This document shows, piece after piece, positions 11,996 to 22,754 of a stretch of DNA of 41,333 nt. Numbering within the stretch: the first letter of the stretch is position 1; every line of letters begins with the position of its first letter. The stretch is taken from the NCBI GenBank assembly GCA_002269645.1, contig NIVC01003169.1:1-41333 (forward strand). Reading direction: 5' to 3'. The notes below the pieces were generated by a model. The model did no database searches. It saw nothing but the letters and a program-made list of their open reading frames with translations, and was not told the origin of the DNA. The position numbers and the translations under genes are program-made. Origin of the DNA: Macrostomum lignano (taxonomy: Eukaryota).

Positions 11996-13479
11996 CTTTT
12001 CCTCACCTGGTTGAGGGAAATGATTTATTTTTAATCGCAAAATAATGTTTGACCTCAGCATCCTACAATGCGTCCATCTCTAGCACCAAGAGTTTGGCAG
12101 CTAGCTCAGCATGTATTAGTAGGCACAAGTCAGCCAGCAGGTGGCCAAACAAGCCGGAGGCTCTCAACGCAGACCCGCATTCACTCAATTTCTTTCGGCA
12201 CAGAACGAAATTTAATCTCCCGTTTCACCCAATCTCTTGAAAGCACCCGTTTACCTTCTATCCCGCACTCTTCCCTCCTCAGCTAAGTGGCCGCCAAAAA
12301 CCGTAAGCCTTAAACAAAGTCAGAAGTCGGCCTAATATTATCTGGAGTTAAAAATACCTTCATCATGCGTTCAAGCACCAACCATGCCCAGTTTTTATCC
12401 CCCAATCCATGCCAATTTAAGCGATCCCGCTTTGGCGGCCTGCAATCTCTTTTTGCTAGCTTAACTATCCGACTAATCCGTGTTGCCATGCAGGCATCTC
12501 CACCCCCTCTGATCCCCTGATTCGCTGACTCGCCTCTGCTAAAACTATAAGGAAAACCGTTCTCACACTAGCATTTGACGGTTGAAATGTTGATCAACTT
12601 CAAGCATATCCATTGAGCTTCAGACTTATCAAACTTTTCTCAACATGTACCGCAGTCACAGAACACGGTAAGAAGTTGTTTATTTAAAATTTTAATTGAA
12701 ACAGAAATTATTTTAATTGAAATTCTTGTGGACATTGGAATTCGGAATTTCGGATGCTCGTTAGTAGGAAAGTTGCATTGATATTCCACAGCCATATGCA
12801 AGGTCCAAGGGCCGTATAGCTATTTTAGTATTCTCATCCAAGCCCATCGTTCTTTCACCTAAGGGGCCTCCGCATTCCTGCCAAAATGCACATTTTTATC
12901 GCTCTATAGGGATCGCGATGAAACAGGAGCGTGTAGCTTGGCTTTGGCTGTTTACATGGGACTTAGGCCTTAGCAGAATTGGAATGGATTACAATTTTAC
13001 AACCGCAACTCGATATGTTGGCTAACAAGGTGTGAATTCCTTCTTAAAGTGACATCCAACTTAGCACTATAAGTGTTATAACACTATAACATTATGGAGT
13101 GCAACGTTAACGACAGATTTAACTATAGATACCGTGCGTCAATGACCGTTCTTGGCCCGAAAACTGAATAGATTCCTTGTCTCTTAGTTGATTCCACCTT
13201 CGTATCTTCATACTGCTGCTTCCAGATAATCCAAAACATTCAAAATAATTATATATTTCTTCTCTGATCTACCATGTCGCTCTTTTCGTTTAGCTCACAT
13301 TGAAGTCGAATTTTTTCCATGGTTAAATCATTCGGAAACCAGGCAAGTTTGATCTTGCTTTTTGCTTTGTATTGCTTTCTGTAAATATTTTCTCAACCTC
13401 TCTAACTTTTTCTTTTGGCTCCGCCTTTTTCTCTTCGGTCTACCTCTAGGTTATAGCGTGCGTAAACGCTCCTGTCTAT

Positions 13480-14220
13480 CGTCAAAAGATACCATGATCG
13501 GGACAAGATAGAAAGATACGATCCTGACTATGGTCGAAGGATACCACGATCGGCACAGGACAGAAAGATACGCTCTTGTCTATGGTCGGAAGATACCATG
13601 ATCGGCACAGGACAGAAAGATACGCTCTTGTCTATGGTCGGAAGATACCATGATTGGCGCAAGATAGAAAGATACGCTCTTGTCTATGGTCGGAAGATAC
13701 CATGATTGGCGCAAGATAGAAAGATACGCTCTTGTCAATGGTCGGAAGATACCATGATCGGCACAGGACAGAAAGATACGCTCTTGTCTATGGTCGGAAG
13801 ATACCCTGATTGGCGCAAGATAGAAAGATACGCTCTTGTCAATGGTCGGAAGATACCATGATCGGCACAGGACAGAAAGATACGCTCTTGTCTATGGTCG
13901 GAAGATACAATGATTGGCGCAAGATAGAAAGATACGCTCTTGTCTATGGTCGGAAGATACAATGATCGGCACAGGACAGAAAGATACGCTCTTGTCTATG
14001 GTCGGAAGATACCCTGATTGGCGCAAGATAGAAAGATACGCTCTTGTCTATGGTCAGAAGATACAATGATCGGCACAGGACAGAAAGATACGCTCTTGTC
14101 TATGGTCGGAAGATACCCTGATTGGCGCAAGATAGAAAGATACGCTCTTGTCTATGGTCGGAAGATACAATGATCGGCACAGGACAGAAAGATATGCTCT
14201 TGTCTATGGTCGCAGGATAC
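13480..14220. repeat. 52-bp minisatellite, ~14 units, two alternating variants
   Basis: TCTATGGTCGG at 13579, 13631 and onward (period 52). Variant A carries ATCGGCACAGGACAG and variant B carries ATTGGCGCAAGATAG. Confidence 0.95.
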
Positions 14221-15266
14221 TTTGCTAGTTTTAGACTAGCAAAGTGCCAATCTAAAACAGTATCTGATGTTCTTTGGCATCGAGCTGAAAAACCTGCAGT
14301 ATTAGTCAAGACAACAGGTGGCTACGTGAAGTGACATGAGACGCGGCAGCACTGAGGATTAAATTTTCCAATTTTGCCTGCACAGTATTGAATTTCCGTC
14401 AGAGGCCGAGGGTGAGGGTGGCGCGTGCCATCGTAGACTTCGCAAGTTGAACTAAAACTCGAACGATTTCCGGAGCTGCTCTAAAGCATAGAAGAGGCAT
14501 ACTAAAACTTTGAGCGAAAGCTCATCGCAATCCACCACAAAAAGCCATTACGGATTGCTCAAGCTAGACAAAAAATTATGATTCCTTTTGTGAATCAAAT
14601 TCAAGGCCAGCGGAATGCCTATATCTAACTGTGCATTGCGCTGGGGAAAGTCTAAGATCAAAGCCGGCTTTTAAGCCATCCCTAATGCCTTTATACGGTG
14701 ATAAAAAGTGGAACCCGATGGAGGAAAGCTGACTGCTCAACGGCAGTAAATCTCTGATGGAATTGAGGCTTTGTATTAGCAATATGGAGCAGATGCTTAC
14801 TACATTAGATGAAGGCATTGCTTTGCGACTTAGTGAGTATCAATGAGGGCGCGAGTAATAAAAAACAGTCCTATTGGCTCACCGCTTAGTAAAGATATGT
14901 ACGAGTGTATTCTTTGGATTGAGGATTTTGGTCATTATTTTAGTTCTTCTTAACTTCGAAATTCATGCTCGATTGTATAGGGTGTACTCTAGAAAAGACT
15001 AAAAAACGTGGGACAGTGCGCATGAGTGCGTACCTGCGTACAGTATATCCGCGCACTTGCATGTGCTCAGGGGTCAGAAAAAGGGCGGAATTGACTTAGC
15101 ACTGATTGCGGGGATCCGCACAGCCTTCCTGCGAAAATTTTTTTCATCATCTTCTACAGCTGGTTCACTGACGTCCCACTGAGTCAGTTGTTGGCGCCCC
15201 CTAATCGCAGTATTTCTGCCAATTTCCACACGCAGAAACTTCGAGCATGTGACGGGCGCCTTTCCC

Positions 15267-17368
15267 ATGGACACAGCCTTCATCTCCGGCCTGTCCAAGT
15301 TCCATCTGGACGCGGCTCGCATGCGCAAAGACGACGACTTTTCGGACCGGATTTCGCACACCTTCACGACCGCCCTGATCGTGCTGTTCTCGCTGGTGAT
15401 CTCGTGCAGGCAGTACATCGGCAAGCCAATCGCCTGCTGGGTGCCCACTGAGTTCACCAGAGCGCAGGAAGAGTACACGGAGAATGTCTGCTGGGTGACC
15501 AGCACTTACTATCTGCACACGAACGATCCCAGCTTCCCCAAGAAGGACGAGCAGCGGTACAATATCCAGATTGGCTACTACCAGTGGGTGCCTTTGGTGC
15601 TGCTGATTCAGGCGTTTCTATTCTACCTGCCCTGCCTGATCTGGCGCCTGTTCAACTGGCAGTCCGGCATCCAGGTGAACTTTACCTTCGGGGCTTTTTC
15701 TTTAACGTAAAACGAAGGTTAACCCACGAAGCTTGTCCGTACATTCGTAAGGCCTAAGTTTTTATTTAAACTACGTGTATGGAAATCTCAGTAGGAATAT
15801 TTTTGCAACTCTATGCCCAAATCTGATTAGGGCATTCTATGTTTCTCTGTCAGGTGAAAAAATTGCAGGAACCTGTGCTCCGTTCTACTCAAAGTTCAAC
15901 GACTGCTCTAGGATAATTGTTCACAGACTTCACAGTTCTAGCCAAAAGCAATTTTCTCCAAAATTAGCCTTTTTGTATCTCGACAAATGGTTTATTTTTC
16001 AAAGCAGTCAGTACATTACATAGCTAAGAATGTGTTCATCTTTAAGAATTAATAAGAGTCAAATTATCATGATATGGGATTTTTTAGTTTTTTTTAAACG
16101 AAAATTAGCAATTCTTTACTTCCAAGGATCATTTTCTCTAGTAGCAAGACTATTAATTAATTTTACTCTTTGAAACAGACAAAACTATAGTACTCTATCG
16201 TATTAGAGGTACGATAATGATAAATAACTAAAAGTTCCATTCTTGAAAAGATTGCTCACAAGCTAACATAACATAAACCCGCTTCCTCAGCTGTCCAACA
16301 TCATGGAGGTGGCCTGCGACGTGGAGCTCATCAAGGACCCATTGAGCCGGCAGACAAGCGTGCGTTATGTTGCCAAGCACATTGAGGACTCACTGGGTCC
16401 TCAGCGCGAGCTCCGAGCGGGCTGCGTCACCAAGCTGAAGCAGTGTGTGGCCAAGAATTGCTGCTTCTTCTGGTTCGGCAAGCGCTATGGCAACTTTCTG
16501 GTGTGTCTCTATCTCATCTGCAAGTCCTTCTACATCTGCAACGTCATCGGACAGTTCTTTCTAATGAACAAGTACGTTGAGTAGCTCTGACTGGATACAA
16601 AAGAACTGATTGGTCCTGATTCAAATTATCTTTGCATTCCCTGCACTGAATTTTAGGTACCTGGCAACGAACTACACCTTCTACGGCCTGGAGCTGCTGA
16701 GAGACCTGGCGGAGGGTCGGCAGTGGGAAGAGAGCGGCAATTTTCCACGCATCACCATGTGCGACTTCCATGTGAAACGCATGGGGGCCAATCTGCATCG
16801 CTACACCGTGCAGTGCGTTCTGCCTATTAACATGTTTAACGAGAAGATCTACATCTTCCTCTGGTTCTGGATGGTTCTCGTCACAGTCGTGGCCGTCAGC
16901 AGCTTCGCATTCTGGATCTACAAGTCCGCCTTCCGCAGCAACCGTGCCCATTTTGTGCGAAAGTTTCTGAAGCTGCGGAGCATCCTTGAGCCCGGAGATA
17001 AGAAGCGCAGTTTCAATTTTGTAGACGATTACCTCCGCCCAGACGGCGTGTTCATTCTCCGCTTGGTTGCGCAGAACGCTGGCGAGCTGGTCGCTAGCGA
17101 AGTCACCGAAGCCCTTTGGCTGATGTACAAATCCAAATCGATGATGTCTGTGGGGCTGCCCAACGATCTCACAAAAGACGTTGTTGGCAGCGGCGGCGGT
17201 GGAGGCGGCGGCGGCGGAGGTGGCGGAGGCGGCAGCGGTGGCATCGGCAGTGGTGACCCCGGCATCGCCAAGAAGATGGCCGCCGCGGCAAGGCGCCGCC
17301 TGCCGAACACGCACCCGCACACTCAGCCACTCAACGGGAACGATGACGACCCTGGAGAGTTTGTCTAG
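15267..17368 (+). CDS. inx: Innexin (invertebrate gap-junction/pannexin family), 466 aa, 3 exons
   Basis: Exons 15267-15674, 16291-16571, 16657-17368 (1401 nt in frame, GT-AG introns). Hallmarks: DDDFSDR, IACWVP, ENVCWV, YYQWVP, FPRITMCDF, QCVLPINMFNEKIYIFLWFW, YLRPDGVFILR; two Cys per extracellular loop. Confidence 0.96.
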
Positions 17369-18744
17369 TGATTGAATCTCTTTGCTATTTAGGTTTTAAC
17401 TATATATATGTATTTTTTTGCTTGTGATATTGATTGATTGGTGTGATTACTGTGTTTACTTGTCCTAATAACATTTGTAGAAAAAACCCCACTCTATTTA
17501 CGCTCGTATAGTCACTATTTTTGTTGTTCATTACGTATTTTGAGGTAAACCAACCTATAAAAAAGCACTCGTAACTTGCTTTTTCAAGCTGCAAGTTTGC
17601 CCGTTCATTAGTTCGGCACATCCCGATAATTATCTCGAAAGCCTCTCTTAGACCTACCGTCACAGCTATGCTTCCTCTGGCTGTGAAGAAACACCTTCTG
17701 GATGGTAAGAACCAATTTGCAGATTTCTGCCCCGCCCCCTGGTTGGGTTTGTGTTTGTGCCCTAAATTTCCAACATGCAACTTTTATCTTGTATCTAACA
17801 TGTCTAAAAATAAAACATTTTTAGAAAATGACTAAGAAGATGCAGAATGTAAGTACAGTACGAGTAGTTCAATACCTTTTAACAATTATTTCTGAGCACA
17901 TTCTTGTCTATCTTTACTTTTTGTTATCGTAAATGTACTACATGTACGTAGATTCTTAGAAAATCTATACTAGTTAATTACACACAGCGCTATTTTTTTT
18001 TTTAATACTCTGCACAAGCTATGGTTACTACTTGTACATTTTTACACTCGTATATTTAGTGTACAGGCTCAGTGCTTTTTTGTTATACTTTGACCATCAA
18101 TGTTTTGTTGCCGTACGTTAAAGAGCCAATCTGATATATCTGCTACGGAAAAATTGATTTGCATGTAAGATTGTGCAAACTACATGCAGTGAAAATTGGC
18201 TTGTCAACAGCAATGGCTGTACATGTACGAGTACTACTGTTCCTTTATTCCTTATTATCTCCTTTAATCTTTCTTCTTTGCCACCTCACTCGCATCTCTC
18301 TGTCACTGACCGCGAGGCTCAATGGGATCGCGTTACAAAAAATATACCTTCGTATAATGCTCTTCACTAGTTAGTATTTGCATTGAACGGTAGAGACTTG
18401 TGGCTTGTTAATGTCAGTTTAAAGTGTTTCCCTCTTAATAATAATCTGTTCTATTGCTTGCATTAACTTGCGAAGCAAGTAAACTGTTTGTCGCGCTATT
18501 CTTTAGCTGCTTTTAGATGCGAATCTTTATTTGTTAAATCATTAGTTCGGAATTTAACTGAAACATTACTGAATAATCCGTTCGCGCCAGGGTTTGAGGC
18601 CAAACTTACAAAACTCGGATTGATGGAAAAGTCAGGGTTACTGAGCACCATGTGGGCATGACCACAGATGCTAAATACTCTAGATTGTTCACTCAGAACT
18701 ATCTTCATGTGTCAGTTTGACTTGCTACTTTCTGCCGCTGTTAA

Positions 18745-18880
18745 AATCTGCCCCCCCTCCTACCCCAAAAAAGCGTAGAGTCTTGGCTATAGACAGCCGA
18801 AATCGATTGACTTTGCTGTGTAGTTAGCAGTCAAGTGGGACGAGATACACGGGAGTTTAAATGGATGAGGCAGGACCATG
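18745..18880 (+). repeat. Dispersed repeat, uninterrupted (empty-site) copy of the element at 26715-27165
   Basis: Shares TTTGCTGT...GTTAGCAGTCAAGTGGGA and GAGATACACGGGAGTTTAAAT with 26715-27165. Confidence 0.7.
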
Positions 18881-19191
18881 GATAAAGAATATAACTGGAT
18901 CGCCAAAAGCTAGATTTTTTTGTCCTAGCCATAGACAAGCACCAGCATCACAAGAAGCTCAGGATGCTGTACTTTTACACATAGACAAATAGCAGCTGCA
19001 GAAGCTGCAAACCTTTATTTAGGAAATATTCTATTTTATGTCGGCTACTACATCGCTAGATTCATTGGCAGATGGCAGATAAAAGTACGTCGTTAGATCA
19101 GTTACATCTTGATTTGATGCACTTTTTGTTTAAACCTACCTGATCAGCAACATTAAATCCCTGCGAAGGTCTTTTCCGGGATGTATTTTTA

Positions 19192-20132
19192 CCATAGACA
19201 CAGAACACCGAGCTAGAATTTGTATTTTTTCGGGTTGTATATTTTATATTTTATTCTGGATGACAAAAAAACGAGATTATGAATTTAACTGGAAAACGAA
19301 AATTTGCGGGTCTTATTAGTAGGCAACAAGGTAGCTTAGTTTACTTAGGTTAGTTAGTTAGTTTCGGCTTAAGGTTAATCAGTTTTTAGTTACTAACAGT
19401 TGGGTTCATTGCATGCTTGTAATCAATTTTTGATGATGACTGAGCAGTTATTAAAACTGAAATTCAGCTGACGCTCACCGCGGACGCTAGCTGCGTCTGT
19501 CTCAGCCTCGCGTAGTATTTTAGCGTCCTATACAGCGCAGGAATTGGCGATTTGAATGTCGGACGTCCGCACCAGCAACAATTGACACGAGTGTGTTTGG
19601 CGGATATTGAGTCCCATCGGCACGGGTCACTTCGTGAATGAAAACAGGAAGGTATTCGTTTAGCTCATCATCGCTAAGTTCTTGCACAGCACGAATAGAA
19701 TCGTTGGAACGCCCAGAGCGCCACCTATCAAAGACGACAATGGACCACTTGTTCCGATTGGTGGTATTGGCAGGCTTTGTCGACTCGTTAAGTGATCGAA
19801 CCATATCGAGAGTCAAGTCCTTTGGCAGCGTTGATGGACCAGGTTCTTCACGCGACGATCGCACCTCTTGCAATGCGTAGGGGTTCCGCAAATCTGCACC
19901 AGCGTCCAGCAGTAGGTCTAAATCGTCCATCGTAAGCACATTTGGATCAGTGTCTCCGACGTAGTCTTTGGAATAATCAACCAACGGGTTTAAAATAAGT
20001 CTTCGATCTGCCATTATCTGTTTCAGTTAAGTGAAATTAACTAGAGTCAATTAATTGAAGTTAAATTTGTTTCAGTGAGTCTTTCCTGCTATTTATCTGT
20101 CTTATGACTGTCTTTATAAAATATGTCTATGG
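19192..20132 (-). mobile_element. Internally deleted Crypton-type (DUF3504-like tyrosine recombinase) element
   Basis: ORF 20014-19520 contains NTTNRNKWSIVVFDRWR...LNEYLPVFIHEVTRADGTQYPPNTLVSIVAG, matching the Crypton/ZMYM/KCTD1 N-terminal YR region. It is joined directly to RTSDIQ...FSFNNCSVII* (other frame, stop at 19423-19425), resembling a Crypton C-terminus. Bounded by CCATAGAC (19192) and GTCTATGG (20125). Confidence 0.7.
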
Positions 20133-20280
20133 TATAGAATGTGGGGGCTTCGCCCCCACACCGCCAATACAGTATTGATGTCTATGGCCAATTTGCGGGT
20201 TGTAATTAAATACCCGGAGATTTCTTACTAGCTGTTATATAAATTAGCGGGTTGTATTTTTAGCGCATGAATTTAAGTGA

Positions 20281-20377
20281 GATGACACATAGAGTTGAGG
20301 GATGTATTTTTCTTAAACCCCTCGGGCCTTGGCCCTCGGGGCTTAAATAAATACATCCCTCGACTCCATGTGTTATC
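20281..20377. repeat. Imperfect ~48-bp-arm hairpin
   Basis: GATGACACATAGAGTTGAGGGATGTATTT...CTCGGGCC, TT loop, GGCCCTCGGGG...AAATACATCCCTCGACTCCATGTGTTATC. Confidence 0.85.
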
Positions 20378-20410
20378 TTATACACAAAAACCGCGGAAAC
20401 AGCAATAAAG

Positions 20411-20439
<29 letters not shown>

Positions 20440-20442
<3 letters not shown>

Positions 20443-20960
20443 CTCGCACCCACGCTACCTCGCCGCTACTGCCACGCTCCGCCACCGCACCACCCGCAGC
20501 AGCTGGAGGCATCTCGTCGCTCAGCTCGCCGCCCAACTGCCAGCTGAGTTTCGCCACCGTGAGCCTCTTCCGGCCCTGCCGCCATGTCCCTGGACGGCTC
20601 GCACTGACTGTTCCTTCCAGCTGACATTGACGGCAATCTGACCAAGGCCGACGACCCTGCCCCGCCCCTGGCCCCATTTCGCCGCCCGCAACCGCGCCGA
20701 GGCGGTGGCGGCCAACCAACTACGCGCCGGCGCCACCACGCTGTGCCAAGCCACCCTCCACCGCTTCGGCCTGACGACGAGTGACTCGTGCCCGGATTGC
20801 GGAGCGCACGATAACGCGCATCACGCCCTGCTGGAGTGTCCAAGAGGCGACGCCAAACGCCTGACCCTCACGGGCACCAATCCGGAGGCCCTCCTGGACG
20901 ACCCGGATAGGGCACTGTCCCTGTTGCGCGCCATGGGGCGCTGGCCTGTCAAAGGCCCGC
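20440..20960 (+). mobile_element. Non-LTR retrotransposon ORF2 remnant A (post-RT linker and C-terminal Cys/His finger; I-group-like)
   Basis: HPRYL...RSSWRHLVAQL...REPLPALPPCPW linker and NQLRAG...LHRFGLTTSDSCPDCGAHDNAHHALLECP finger; high GC. Confidence 0.7.
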
Positions 20961-21745
20961 ACTCCCGCCCATATTAGCGCCTTTCATCCTCCACACGGCT
21001 GTTGCCCGTGGCCGCCGCTACACGTCCTCCTTTGAAGAGGAACAATCGGCCTTCCGCCTTGCCTGTTGCTGGGCTGCGGTGAACGCGAACTCTGGCAGTG
21101 TCGCCGTCTGCTCTAACAGCCGATCCTTGATCTTCGCTCTCGAATGCGGTCGTCGCCGCGAGCCCCACCTGGTCATTCCTGCTAACATCCGCGTCCTCCA
21201 GTGGAACCCCAGCCACTGGACATCCCCAGCCACATCCCGGGCAACGAACTGGCGGATGCCGCGCGGCCAACCTCGCGGCGAGCCCGGTCATCGGGCCGCA
21301 AGCCCACCTGGACGTGTCTCCCTCTCCGTGCCCAATTTCCTGGGCCTCCGCGCGCGCCTTCATCTTTCGTATCCTCACCGATCCGCCACTCTCGCATCAC
21401 CGCACGGCCTGTGTTTACAGTGCTCTCTCGCACCGGCGAGACAGAGATCCACCAGACAGGATGCGGTGCTTCTGGGCCGCCTCCATTCCAGCCACTGCTC
21501 AATCTTGCAAGCCTACAGGGCCCTCATGAACCCGAGTGTCTACCCCGGCTGCCCCCGCTGCGGTGCGCAGACCGAAACGCTTGAAAATTGGCTTTCCTGC
21601 CCCGGAGAGCTCGACTTGAGTTTTTTGACGACGACGGCGTGGGCCTGGCGGCGCTCACCGCTGACCCCGGCAGGTTGGTGGTGCTAGCCAGGCCCTGCTG
21701 AGCGCCTGGGCGCCTCTGCTCCCAACAACAACAACAACAGCAGCA
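20961..21745 (+). mobile_element. Non-LTR retrotransposon remnant B: RNase H, C-terminal finger and (CAA)n(CAG)n tail
   Basis: TSSFEEEQSAFRLA...VAVCSNSRSLIFAL, QWNPSH/IPGNELADAA (RNase H motifs), LLGRLHSSHCSILQAY...CPRCGAQTETLENWLSCP; several frameshifts; tail at 21723-21745. Confidence 0.75.
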
Positions 21746-21750
21746 GGGGG

Positions 21751-22030
21751 CCCTTATCCTCGATCCCCTTATCCCCGATCCCCTTATCCCCGATCCCCTT
21801 ATCCCCGATCCCCTTATCCCCGATCCCCTTATCCCCGATCCCTTATCCCCGATCCCCTTATCCCCGATCCCCTTATCCCCGATCCCCTTATCCCCGATCC
21901 CCTTATCCCCGATTCCCTTATCCCCGATTCCCTTATCCCCGATCCCCTTATCCCAGATCCCCTTATCCCCGATCCCCTTATCCCCGATCCCCTTATCCCC
22001 GATCCCCTTATCCCTGATCCCCTTATCCCT
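21751..22030. repeat. 15-bp C-rich minisatellite (~18 copies)
   Basis: Unit GATCCCCTTATCCCC, period 15 (21761, 21776...). Confidence 0.96.
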
Positions 22031-22754
22031 TTATCACTGATCTACTTATCTCCGTTTGTACCTGCATGTTTGTGTTGCGTTCCATTTAGCCCATTAATAA
22101 TCCAGTCCCCCTTATCTACATGTAGTTTTTAAATTTTCCGCAGCCTCTTCATCACGACTATTTTTAACTGCTACGAGCGAATTACTCAGTCTCCCATTCT
22201 CCTTTTTGAATCCCGACTGTTCTTCGTCTCACTCAGCTGCAATGATTTTATTTCCATAGGCAGCCAAAAGTTAACCCTCGCTTTGCCATGAGTTTTGCGT
22301 CTTTTTGTATGAGCTTAGCCTAATGAGTCTTTAGGTTATAAGTCCTTATTAACAAAATAAAACAATGTACTCGTAAACTAATTTTTCAAGCTGAAACTGA
22401 ATGCTGAATCTATGCCATTTATATAGTTTAAAATAATTTTCCCTGAGTCACTGCTGCTACAGAACACACAGACGCACCCGCCTCCTGATCTCCGATCAAG
22501 CCGCTCAGGCGTGCAGACTGAGGCCCCCACCCAGATTATGTAACGATGCAGTTGCGTACGCGCACCCGAATTCATTGCGAGTGCCAACAATGGCATTCCA
22601 AATTGCCTGCTTACGTCAATGGCAGTTGCACATTGCAGAAAGCTATGATAAAAGCTGGAGTGCGGGACTGGTTCGCTTTACGCTGTTCTTAACATTGAAA
22701 ACGTTTTATACCTTTACTTTGACTGTATAATTTTCTCTACCCCCGATAAACGCC

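Noticed and set aside
13480-14220. CRISPR-like repeat-spacer array
   Set aside because: The variable part has only two states rather than unique spacers; eukaryotic context and no cas genes.
16572-16656. Stop-codon readthrough or frameshift in innexin 1 (TAG at 16582)
   Set aside because: Fully explained by an 85-nt GT-AG intron that restores MNKYLATNY.
16544-17320. 258-aa antisense ORF (likewise 15074-15518 and 33039-33440)
   Set aside because: Shadow frames of GC-rich innexin exons with no independent motifs.
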